Shown: positions 34,645 to 44,800 of the stretch, piece after piece | How the letters are laid out: the number at the start of each line of letters is the position of its first letter | How positions within the stretch are numbered: position 1 is the stretch's first letter | Assembly (NCBI GenBank): GCA_005889135.1 | Contig: VBEK01000124.1 | Coordinates: 15,658 to 79,657 of the forward strand | Length of the DNA stretch: 64,000 nt | From: Chloroflexota bacterium | GTDB lineage: Bacteria; Chloroflexota; Dormibacteria; Dormibacterales; Dormibacteraceae | Direction of reading: 5' to 3' | Program-made: the position numbers and the translations under genes | Notes under the pieces: generated by a model | What the model was told of the DNA's origin: nothing | The model's input: the letters and a program-made list of their open reading frames with translations, nothing else | The model's database searches: none

Positions 34645-35580
34645 TCAGCTGGTCAACATGTGGTTGGCAAGCAGGAACGAGTGCGCCACCGATGCGGGAG
34701 GCTGCCGATCGATCGTCACGGCGCGATTCAGAGCTCGCATGACGGTGACGGTCAGCAGGCTGTTCAGGGACGTGTATCTCTCCTGAAACGCGACACCGAG
34801 CACCTTGAGCAACTTCGTCTTGATGATCAGGGCGACGTGCTGGAACCCGAAGATGTTCTTGGGGTCACTGAGGACGGCATAGGTCAGGCCGCCCAATTGT
34901 GGGTCGGTTGAGAACGCCTTTCCCACCTGCACCACATGGCCGTCGAGCGCGTTGTAGATCGATGCACCGGTCGGCAGCGGAACGAACTCGAGATTCGTGA
35001 GTCGATACGCCTGCTGCAGGCCTGCATATCCGGCGTAACGAGTCCGGCCGGCGGCATAGTCCCCAAACTTCAGACTGAATGGCACCGATTTGAGCTGTGC
35101 GATCGTGGTCAGGCCCCTCGGCTGGGCGAAGCTTTGCAGTGTGATCAGCGCGTTGGCATTGGCGAACGTGGTCACCGGCACCATGACCGTGGCGTCGTAC
35201 TTCTGCTCGTACTCTTGTGCGATCTGCTCCGCTTGAGCCTCTGACGTAAGGGGCGTTGCGTACCCGGCGACGGTTTCTGCGAGGTCGCCAAGGTATTCGG
35301 GATATGCGTTGAGCTGCCCTGACTGAAACGCCGAATCCATCTGCTGGCTGGTGCTCGTGCTCGGTGTTAGATCGACGACATAGCCGAGGGCGCGGAATGC
35401 CTGCGCATAAAGCTCGCCGAGGACCAGCTCCTCGTTCGAGCCTGCATCCCCGAGCACGATCGCTGGTTTTCCGTGGCCCGGCAGTGGGGTGGCGCCGGAC
35501 GCGTTGCCGCCTCCGCACGCCACAAGGACAACTGCCATCGCGGCGAGCAGACCGACTCGGCTCCGTTGTTTGTGACCCAT
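34645..35580 (-). CDS. OpuAC-family (glycine betaine/choline-type) substrate-binding lipoprotein, orphan
   Basis: Lipobox 'VVLVACGGG'. 'LVLGELYAQAFRALGY', 'QLNAYPEYLGDL', 'FSTDPQL...YAVLSDPKNIFGFQHVALII'. No permease or ATPase nearby. Confidence 0.8.
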   Translation of the reverse strand: MGHKQRSRVGLLAAMAVVLVACGGGNASGATPLPGHGKPAIVLGDAGSNEELVLGELYAQAFRALGYVVDLTPSTSTSQQMDSAFQSGQLNAYPEYLGDLAETVAGYATPLTSEAQAEQIAQEYEQKYDATVMVPVTTFANANALITLQSFAQPRGLTTIAQLKSVPFSLKFGDYAAGRTRYAGYAGLQQAYRLTNLEFVPLPTGASIYNALDGHVVQVGKAFSTDPQLGGLTYAVLSDPKNIFGFQHVALIIKTKLLKVLGVAFQERYTSLNSLLTVTVMRALNRAVTIDRQPPASVAHSFLLANHMLTS

Positions 35581-35623
35581 CACCGCACCGGCGAATTTTC
35601 TCTTCTCGATTCTCAGCTCGTGG

Positions 35624-36904
35624 TCAGCTGGCGCACCCGTACCTGGCATCGCATCTATATTGCTGGGACGGGTCGCCGAACGATGCCGTGAGCCACGTGT
35701 GGCTGTTCTCGTTGTTCTGAACCTCGGCGATGTAGCCATTGGCACCACTTGAATGCCAGTCGCCTGAATACCACGACCCGACACACCCCCAGAGGTCGCC
35801 GGCGGCGTAAGTCCCGGATCCGGTGCCTTTCAGCCAGTAAGCCCAGCCTTCGTAGCACCCGCGGATGTATGCGCCCCAGTAGTCAGCGGCGGCCGCCGTG
35901 GAATCACGGGTGAAGGGGAAGGTGCCGTTCTGGTTGCCCGGGTATGGGGCAAATGGAGCTTCCCACGCGGGGTCATCCCAGCTCATCACCCCGAGGATCG
36001 AGAAAGTCTTTGGACACATCCCACTTGTGGGTGTGAACGGGTATCCCCCCGCGCCCGTCACGGGATCTTTCTGATAGTCGTGGATCTCCGAAGACAGCAC
36101 GCCCTGGGCCGCGATGCCGTTGCAGTACGTGATCGACGCGCTGGTCGGCGAGGAGAAAGCATCTCCGCAGCCGTACAGCCAGTAGCAGCTGCCACCGCCA
36201 CCGCCATAGGAGGCATTACTGGGGTAGTGCAGGTACTGGAACCACGTGGATTCCACCACGGCATCGGCCCTGAGCAGGTTGTCGGGCAAGCCCCATTTGC
36301 AGGCCGCCCACTGCAAGATCTGGTCCGTGGTTCCGATGAATCGCCCGTCCACCCGGCGGAGGAGCCATGTATCCCACAGTGTGTTGTAAGTCCCGCCCTT
36401 GGCGCGCGGACGCGCCGCGAACGACGCCGCCATGGCTCCCGCTGCCGGCTCGGTGTGATTTTGCTGGTAGTTCTGCGGGCGTGGTTCCCAGGTCGAGTTC
36501 GACACCTGGGCGGCGCACTGGGAGTCGGAGGGAAGAGACGACCAGCTGCCAACCGATCTGAGGCTGAAATAGCCCGACGCGGTTGGGGGGGAGGTGGACG
36601 AGCTCAATTGCGGCGTAGACGGAGGGGGCGGCGCGAGGGTCTGGGTAGGGGTGGAGGCTGTCTTAGGTGTCGGAGCCGGGGTGCCGGTCGCGGCCGGCGG
36701 AGACTTGGGCGTTGGTGAAGTTGTCGCGCTGCGAGGCAAGGACGTCGGAGTGGAACATGAACTTTGCGTGGAGCAGTTTGCCTGCGCGACCGCGCTTCGC
36801 GGTGCCTTGGCGCTTGTCACGGACACAGTCACGAGCACGGCACCAGCCAAAAAGACCACGATGGTGAAACCCCAGCGCAGGCGCATGTTCTGGCTCTTGA
36901 TCAT
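35624..36904 (-). CDS. Secreted Cys-rich lysozyme-like protein, paralog of 10131..11264
   Basis: Collinear with 10131..11264 over about 300 aa ('QWAACKWGLPDNLLRADAVVESTWFQ', 'CPKTFSILGVMSWDDPAW', 'NQNGTFPFTRDSTAAAADYWGA', 'QQYRCD..YGC.S'). Confidence 0.75.
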   Translation of the reverse strand: MIKSQNMRLRWGFTIVVFLAGAVLVTVSVTSAKAPRSAVAQANCSTQSSCSTPTSLPRSATTSPTPKSPPAATGTPAPTPKTASTPTQTLAPPPPSTPQLSSSTSPPTASGYFSLRSVGSWSSLPSDSQCAAQVSNSTWEPRPQNYQQNHTEPAAGAMAASFAARPRAKGGTYNTLWDTWLLRRVDGRFIGTTDQILQWAACKWGLPDNLLRADAVVESTWFQYLHYPSNASYGGGGGSCYWLYGCGDAFSSPTSASITYCNGIAAQGVLSSEIHDYQKDPVTGAGGYPFTPTSGMCPKTFSILGVMSWDDPAWEAPFAPYPGNQNGTFPFTRDSTAAAADYWGAYIRGCYEGWAYWLKGTGSGTYAAGDLWGCVGSWYSGDWHSSGANGYIAEVQNNENSHTWLTASFGDPSQQYRCDARYGCAS

Positions 36905-37057
36905 CCATCCTCTCCGGGGCGGTGCCTTTCAAGGAACGAGTTCCGGGAACGGGATGCTTTCGTGGCACCGGAAGAGTACGTGACCATAACGGATCTGCAG
37001 GCCGTTTCCTTGCCTTCCCTTGAGTCGAGGTGGCCTCCAGGCAGGCACCGATTCCGC

Positions 37058-38521
37058 CTAGCCGAACGGATCCCTCTCGCTGGCTGCCACCGCCGGGTCA
37101 AGGCTGGCCGAGGTGTGTGGAGTGCCGGTCAGCGTGGTGGTTGGGTGCACCGGAAGGATGACTGAATGAAGTGGGGCCTGGTTGAAGTCAAAGTCGCGCA
37201 CGAGGTTGCCGAGGACGCTGGCATTCTCGCGAACGTCCAGTCGCGGGTCAGGCCGTCCGTCCGTGGCAGGATCGAGCCGTTGACCATCGAGAAAATCATC
37301 CTCGATGAACTTGTCGTAAGCGTCGAAGGAAAGGACCTGGTGGTCGACGAAACCACGTCGCGCATATGGACTGATGACGATTCCGGGAACGCGCAGGCCG
37401 AACCCATTCTCGTCGACAGCCGGTGGCATGACGTGATCATAAAATCCGCCCCAATCGTCCCAGGCGAGGAAGATCGCGGTGGAGGACCAGTCCGGACCTG
37501 TCATCACGGCGTTGATCAGGCTCGTGACGTAGCTTTGTCCAAAGCTAATTGGCGATGGCGGGTGTTCGCTCACCTCGGCGGACGGCGCCACCCACGAGAC
37601 GGCCGGCAGGAGTCCAGCCTTGGCGGCGAGGTAGAACCGATTGACTGACTGGATGTTTCCAAGCTGGCCGTCATTCTTCACCGTGTCAAAGTACGGGAGA
37701 GGGTTGAAAATCCCCGGCGTTTTCGAACCCTGATGGACGGGAGCGCATGTCATCGCAGCGTCGTTCTCGCAATCCGGCTCAGCACCCTCGACCACGTAGT
37801 ACCCCCAGCTGATGCCGCGTTTGTGAAGCAAGTAGGTGATGTCTGTCCACGCATAGATCGGGTTTGTGCCGTCCGAACCACTCTGGTCGGGGGGTAGCCC
37901 AGGGCTCTGGGGAGCATTCGTACAACTCGACGGGTCGTTGTGCTGAGAGCACCGTGCAGACCACTGGCTGACCTCAAACAGGTGAGCCGGGAGACTCCAT
38001 GAGGCATTGGGCTCAAACATGTGGTCTTGAAGCACGAAGTCTCTGGCATACGTCCAGTAGTTAGGGATGTCGCTCGCCGTGTGATAGCCCATGACGTCAG
38101 GCGCAAGCGCGTTGGTGCAGGCAGGGGCCGCGGGCGTGCACGACAGGTTCCCCTTCTCGGCCTGAGCCTGGAAGCCGTCCATCTTGCCGCCGTCAATATC
38201 AGCGCGGGCGTTTACCAGGTTGTGAGGGCCGCCTTGATTGACATCGGAATGGTCGGCGTAGGGCCTGACACACTTGCTGGTCAGCGGATCAGGCACGCAC
38301 GTGCCGGGCTGTCCGCCGACCGTGGGAAAGCCGTCGGCACCAGGGTAGGTACCGAAGTAGGAGTCGAACGAGCGATTCTCCTGCAGAACAATGACCACGT
38401 GGCGGATCACGTGAATCCCGGTTGGCCCGCTCGTTGCTGCCGGACTGCAAGCGGAGCCCACGATCGCCAGCGCGATCGCGATCGCTGTACCGCGCCCCTG
38501 TGTCGATTGCAGGCCATGCAT
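37058..38521 (-). CDS. Phosphoesterase family protein (phospholipase C / acid phosphatase AcpA type)
   Basis: '[28 protein letters not shown]', 'GPHNL', 'DHVMPP'. Internal ATG 38521 gives the signal peptide '[13 protein letters not shown]'. Confidence 0.88.
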   Translation of the reverse strand: MHGLQSTQGRGTAIAIALAIVGSACSPAATSGPTGIHVIRHVVIVLQENRSFDSYFGTYPGADGFPTVGGQPGTCVPDPLTSKCVRPYADHSDVNQGGPHNLVNARADIDGGKMDGFQAQAEKGNLSCTPAAPACTNALAPDVMGYHTASDIPNYWTYARDFVLQDHMFEPNASWSLPAHLFEVSQWSARCSQHNDPSSCTNAPQSPGLPPDQSGSDGTNPIYAWTDITYLLHKRGISWGYYVVEGAEPDCENDAAMTCAPVHQGSKTPGIFNPLPYFDTVKNDGQLGNIQSVNRFYLAAKAGLLPAVSWVAPSAEVSEHPPSPISFGQSYVTSLINAVMTGPDWSSTAIFLAWDDWGGFYDHVMPPAVDENGFGLRVPGIVISPYARRGFVDHQVLSFDAYDKFIEDDFLDGQRLDPATDGRPDPRLDVRENASVLGNLVRDFDFNQAPLHSVILPVHPTTTLTGTPHTSASLDPAVAASERDPFG

Positions 38522-38867
38522 GTCTGGCAACCGCCGCCCTTTCTTGTCAGCCACGCGCGGCTTCAGGCGTGCCGGAGCTGTGCACCAGGCGGAGTCTAGG
38601 CTGTTCCAACCACTGTGGGATTGCAGCCGAGGTCCTACCGGATGGGGGTTGAACAGGTCACGGTCGAGTTGAACCCCTCCGATCACCCGGTTCGCCCTGG
38701 GACTCACGCGTCAAAGATGTAGTTCTTGCCCATTGACCCATTGCAGCCCGGGCGCTGTAAATGGACCGCCAGCAGATGACCATGGACTTTCGAGGCGAGG
38801 ACCGCGGTCTCGCCGGCAGCCGCGTGACCAGAAGTTCCGTTCCGGCCTTCGACGTTCCTCCACGGAT

Positions 38868-41800
38868 GTGCAGCTCCATGACCAGTTGCTAGCCACCACC
38901 CGGGCCATTCGGCGCTTTCCCAAGCTAATCGGCCTGCTTGGGACAGCTCTCGTGCTGTCCACCAGCCTGGCCGTGCTGCCGGCTTCAAGAGCCGTTATGG
39001 CGGCCCAAAGCAGCAAGCTCGTCGTGATCACCTTTGAGAACCAGTCCTACGACAGCATTGTTGGCAGCAGTCAAGCGCCCTATCTGAACCACCTCATCTC
39101 GCTAGGAACCGTGTTTACCGGATACACGGCGGTGGCTCCGCTCAGCCACCCGAATTACCTGGCGATGACCAGCGGCCTGACCTCCGAGCTCTCGCCTCCA
39201 TCGCCGAACGTCTTCCAGGCGATCGACGCGTCGGCCGGCCTCAGCTGGAAGGAATACATGGAGTCGATGACGGGGACGTGTGGCGTGGGGACCACCGGGC
39301 GCGTTCCCGGAAGCACGGATTCGCTCTACACAACCGATCACGACCCCGCGTTCGCCTACGCAAGCAACACGACGTGCACCGTCAATGACGTGCCGCTCAC
39401 GACCAGCACGTTCAATCCCGCCAACCTTCCCAGCTTCAGCTACGTCGTGCCCAATGAGTGCAATGACATGCACACGCCGGTTTCAAACGGTCAGCCCTGT
39501 CCTGCCTACTTCGGTCCGAACTCCGGTACAAGCCCGATCAACATGGGGGACAACTGGCTGTCCAACGTCGTCCCATCGTTGCTGGCCCAGGCGAACGTCA
39601 CGGTGCTGATCACCTGGGACGAGAATGACGACAACGCGCCCGGCAGCGGCCCTGCCGAGCACATCGTGACTCTGGAGGTCGGCGCCGGGGTCACTGTCGG
39701 CGGAATCGACGGAAACTCTTACAACCACTTCAGCCTCGAAGCCGGTTTGTACCGCTATTTCGGACTCGGAGCGGCGCCGAACAATGGAGCCTCAGCTCTA
39801 CCGCTGCCGATTCCGGCTTCTGGCGCACCCCCGTACGCCGGACCACCCAACGCGATCACCCAGGAAAATTCCAATCCCGGCACGACCGCGTGGAAGCTCG
39901 GTAAGGCGGCGGACGACTACAACCATCAGATTGAGGGCTACGCCTCCGCCACCAGTGCGACTCTGGGCCAGCAGATCAGTTTCTACGTGAGCGTCAACGC
40001 GCCTCAGTCATACACCATGGACTTCTATCGCATGGGCTATTACCAGGGCCTTGGGGGCCGGCTCATGCTCGAGGCGGCCAATCTTTCGGGGGTGACACAG
40101 TCAACGTGTCCCCAGAACAGCACGACCGGAATGACGGCCTGCAACTGGGCCGCCGGCTACAACCTCACCATCCCGACGTCATGGGTCAGCGGCGCCTATC
40201 TGGTCAAACTCACGAGCGCCGCCGGTTATCAGAACTACATCAACTTCGCGGTCCGGGACGATGCTCGGAATTCGGCACTTCTCTATCAGGTCGCCTTCAA
40301 CACGTTCGAGGCTTACAACAACTGGCCCGCCGATGCACCGCCGGGTTCGCCCACCGGCCAACCGGCGACGGGCAAGAGCCTGTACGAGTTCAACAGCTCG
40401 GCGAGCACGACTTCGCTCGGGACGACGCGGGCCGTCCAGGTGTCCTTCGACCGGCCGTTCTCCACCAGCCAGGGTGGCTTTCTCGACTACGAAGTCAATG
40501 ACGTCGCTTGGCTGGAGCAGCAGGGGTACGACGTTTCCTACTCCTCAGACGTCGACACCGATACGTCCGGCACCAGCCTGCTGAACCATCATGGCTTCAT
40601 TTCCGCCGGTCATGACGAGTACTGGTCGATGGCGATGTACAACGCCGTGGCCAGGGCCCGCGACAGTGGGGTCAACCTCGCGTTCCTTGGCGCGGACGAC
40701 GTTTCCTGGCAGGTGCGCTACGGCGCTTCAGCGTCCGGCGTGCCAGACCGAGTGTTGATCTGCTACAAGAGCGCCTCGCTCGATCCGGTCCAGAACAACA
40801 CGACCACCGTCCACTTTCGGGATCCGCAGGTCAACATGCCCGAACAGCTCCTGGTTGGGGGGACCTCGGCCGCCGAGCAGCTGGGAGCGAGCAGCGCGAC
40901 ACCGGTGGCATACGTCGTCCAGAACGCCTCCAGCTGGGTCTATGCCAACACCGGCGCATTCAACGGCGAGAGCGTTCCCAACGTCGTCGGCTACGAGATC
41001 CAGGCCTACAACAGCAGCTATCCATCGCCCTCAGCGGCGGCTGGAACCTATCAGCTGTTGTCGAGCTCGCCGATCGTGAACAACAACAATCAGACCGTCT
41101 TCCAGAACGCGACCATCTATCAGGCTGCGAGCGGAGCGTGGGTCTTCTCCGGTGCCTCAATCGAGTGGGGTTGGGCGCTGTTCAACTTCGCGTTCCCGAC
41201 TGGCGGCCAGGCGCACGCGGACTACTCCTCTCCGTTCGTTCAGATCATGACCGCGAACATCCTGAACAAGTTCTCGGCCGGCACTTCGCCGCTGCCGGCT
41301 GCACCCACCAACCTGGTCGCCGTCCCGAGCGCATCGGCCATCACCTTGTCGTGGACGGACAACGATCCGACCGCTGCGTACGAGCTGGACAGGAGCACCG
41401 ATCCGGGCTTCGCCACCTTCAGTGCCGTCGGCCTGGCCGCCGGCGCCACCAGTTACAGCGACGGCGGATTGAGCGCCGGTGTCTACTACTACCGGCTCGT
41501 TGCCGTAGGCGCCAACGGCAACTCGCCGTACGTCTCCGTCAGCGCCGCCACGATCTCCTACGCCGCGCTCGTTGCGGCGCGCCCGGGCTCTCTGGCCCAC
41601 TGGCGTTTGGGCGAAGCCTCGGGCGCAACCGCGTACGACACGACCGGTACCTACAACGGGACTTTTGTCAACGCCCCGACGCTCGGGTCGTCGGGCGCGA
41701 TCACCAACGATCCCAACACGTCGGTGACGTTCAACGGCAGCAACCAGCGCGTCAGCGTGCCATCAGTTCCGACCGCCACAGACTTCTCAATCGAAGGGTG

Positions 41801-44800
41801 GACGTACCTGACCAACGTCTCCGTGAACAACAACACCGTATATGGTGGCAGCGGTACAGCTCGGCTGATGCCACGGCCGGGGACCGGCAGTTTCTTGTCG
41901 GCCGCCTACGCGGGCGTCACCTTGAACGGCACGGAATACGCATTACAGCCGACCAGCCCCAGCTCAAACATCAGCACCTGGGTCTACTGGGTACTCACCC
42001 GTCAAGGCAGCCTCCTGACGCTGTACCGCAACGGTGTGCAGATCGCTCAACGGAGCGACCTGCCTGCTACTGCGACGGCCAACATCAACGGCTACATCGC
42101 CGCGCAGAACAACGGAGCCTACTACCTCGCCGGCAGTCTGCAGGACGTGGCCCTCTATACCCATGCGCTTTCCAGCACCGAAGTGCGCAACGGCTATGCG
42201 GCCGCGCTCAATGGGATCGCGCCGACGCCTCCCGTGCTACCGCCGGCCGCGCCTACGAACTTCTCTGCCGTTCCGTCGGCATCGGCGGTAAGTCTTTCCT
42301 GGACGGACAGCGACACGACGTCCAGCTACATTCTGTACAGAAGCAGCGATCCCAGTTTCGGTACCTCGGTCTCGATCACCCTACCGCCCGGCACCAGCCG
42401 TTACACCGACACCGGCCTCGGCCAGGGCGTCGTCTACTACCGACTTCTCGCGATGAACTCCGGCGGGCGGTCGCCGTACGTATCGGCGAGCGCGGCGACG
42501 ACCTCGTATGCGGCGCTGGTGAATGGGCGCACTGGCCTGCTAGGTCACTGGCGGCTGGGCGAGACCTCGGGCACCACGGCCTGGGACACGTCCGGCACCT
42601 ACAACGGCTTCTACGTCAACGGTCCCACGCTGGGATCGGCCGGGGCCCTCGCCAATGACCCGAGCACATCGGCGACGTTCAACGGGACCAGCCAGCGCGT
42701 CAACCTCCCGTCGTTGCCATCTGCGGGCGACTTCTCCATCGAAGGCTGGAGCTACCTCACCAATGTCTCGGTGAACAACAACACGCTTTACGGCAGCGGT
42801 TCAATGCAGCTGCTCGTGCGGCCTGGGACGGGTAGCTTCCCGTCCGCCGCGTACGCCGCGGTGACTCTGAATGGGACCCTGTACGCACTCCAGCCCAACA
42901 GTCCCGCCTCCAACATCAATACCTGGGTCTACTGGGTCATGACCCGGCAGGGCGGCACGCTGACGCTGTATCGCAACGGGGTGCAGATCGCCCAGCGCAC
43001 CGACCTGCCGGCGACGGCCACGACCAGCCTCAGCGGCTACATCGCCGACCAGACCACCGGCTCCTACTACCTGACCGGCAGAGTCCAGGATGTCGCCGTC
43101 TACAACCGGGCCCTCTCCAGCCTGGATGCGACCACCGCCTATACCGTCGCCTTGAACGGGCTTGCGCCCACCCCGCCGCCCACACCGAGCACGCCCTATT
43201 ACAACGTCGTGCGCTCCGAGCCGTCACTGATCGCGTACTGGCGCCTCGACGAGTCAACCGGCAGCACCGCTAACGACGCCTTAGGGAGGTACAACGGAAG
43301 CTACGTAAACGGGCCGACCCTGGGATCGGCGGGTGCGATCGTGAACGATCCGAATAAGTCAGCGACCTTCAACGGGACAAACCAGCGGGTCAACCTGCCG
43401 TCGCTACCGTCGGTCGGTGACTTCTCGATCGAAGGTTGGACCTACCTGACCAACGCCGCAGTGAACAACAACACTCTGTACGGCGGCGGCAGCACGGTGC
43501 AGTTGTTGGCCCGCCCCGGCACCGGTAGTTTCCCGACCGCTGCGTACGCGGGCGTGACACTGGGTGGCACGCAGTACGTCCTGCAGCCGACCAGCCCTGC
43601 GTCCAACATCAACACCTGGGTGTACTGGGTCCTCACTCGACAGGGCGGCACACTGACGCTTTACCGCAACGCTGTGCAGATCGCCCAACGCACCGATCTG
43701 CCGGCAACCGCCTCCGCGAACATCAACGGCTACATCGCTGACGAGCTAGGCGGGCTGTACTACCTGACCGGTGGCGTCGACGATGTCGCTGTCTACAGCG
43801 GTGCGCTCAACCCACAGGACATCACCAGCCACTACAAGGACGCTGGATTCGGTCCCGCGCCTGCACCCACTGCGCCACCCAGCATCGCGGTGACCAACCT
43901 GGCGAGCGGGAGCACCTATGGCGGTAACTGGCCGGGATCGATCAGCGGCTCGGCTTCGTCAAATTCCGGCTTCTCGCTGGTCGGGGTGTCGGCGGCGGTG
44001 CAGGACACCACGACTGGTGAATGGTGGGGTGGGTCGGGGTTCAACCAGCCCGGCCAGACGTTCGTCCCGGTGAGCTCGGGGACCACCAGCTGGACGCTGG
44101 CCTTTCCGTCCGCCAACCTGACGTCCGGGCACGGCTACGTCGTCACGGCCCAGGCCACCGACCTCGTCGGCAATGTCGGCATCAGCTTGCCGGTCGGATT
44201 CAGCTATACCACCACCCCGCCCAGCGCCTCTGTCAGCTACCCGACGAACGCGAGCACTCATGGCGGTAACTGGACGGGATCGATCACCGGATCGGCGTCG
44301 TCAAATTCCGGGTTCTCGCTGGCCGGGGTGTCGGTGGCGGTGCAGGACCTCACGACGGGTGAGTGGTGGGGTGGGTCGGGGTTCGACCAGCCCAGCCAGA
44401 CATTCATACCGGTCACCTCCGGGACCGGCAACTGGTCGCTGAGTCTTCCGGCCACCAACCTGACTTCCGGGCACAGCTACCTCGTGACAGCTCAGGCCAC
44501 CGACAGCTTGGGCAACGTCGGCGCCAGCACCTCGGTCGTCTTCAGCTACATCAGCGACGCTCCCACGACCAGCATCGCGTGCAATGGGGCGACCTGTTCG
44601 AACTGGTACAACGCGTCCGTCAGCGTCGCGCTGTCCACGACGGATCCAGGCGGGCCTGGGGTTGACGCCACCTACTTCACGACTGACGGGTCCACCCCGA
44701 CAACTTCGAGCACGCGTTATGTCGGCGCGTTCACCGTGACGAGCACCAGCGCGGTCAGGTTCTTCTCCGTCGACACCGCCGGCAATGCCGAGTCGGTCAA

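Noticed and set aside
38733-38867. TTG 38733 as start of the giant gene
   Set aside because: The first 45 codons are Arg/Pro/Gly-rich and precede the signal-like hydrophobic segment by too long a stretch. GTG 38868 or TTG 38886 give a plausible signal peptide. This is not excluded and needs experimental start mapping.
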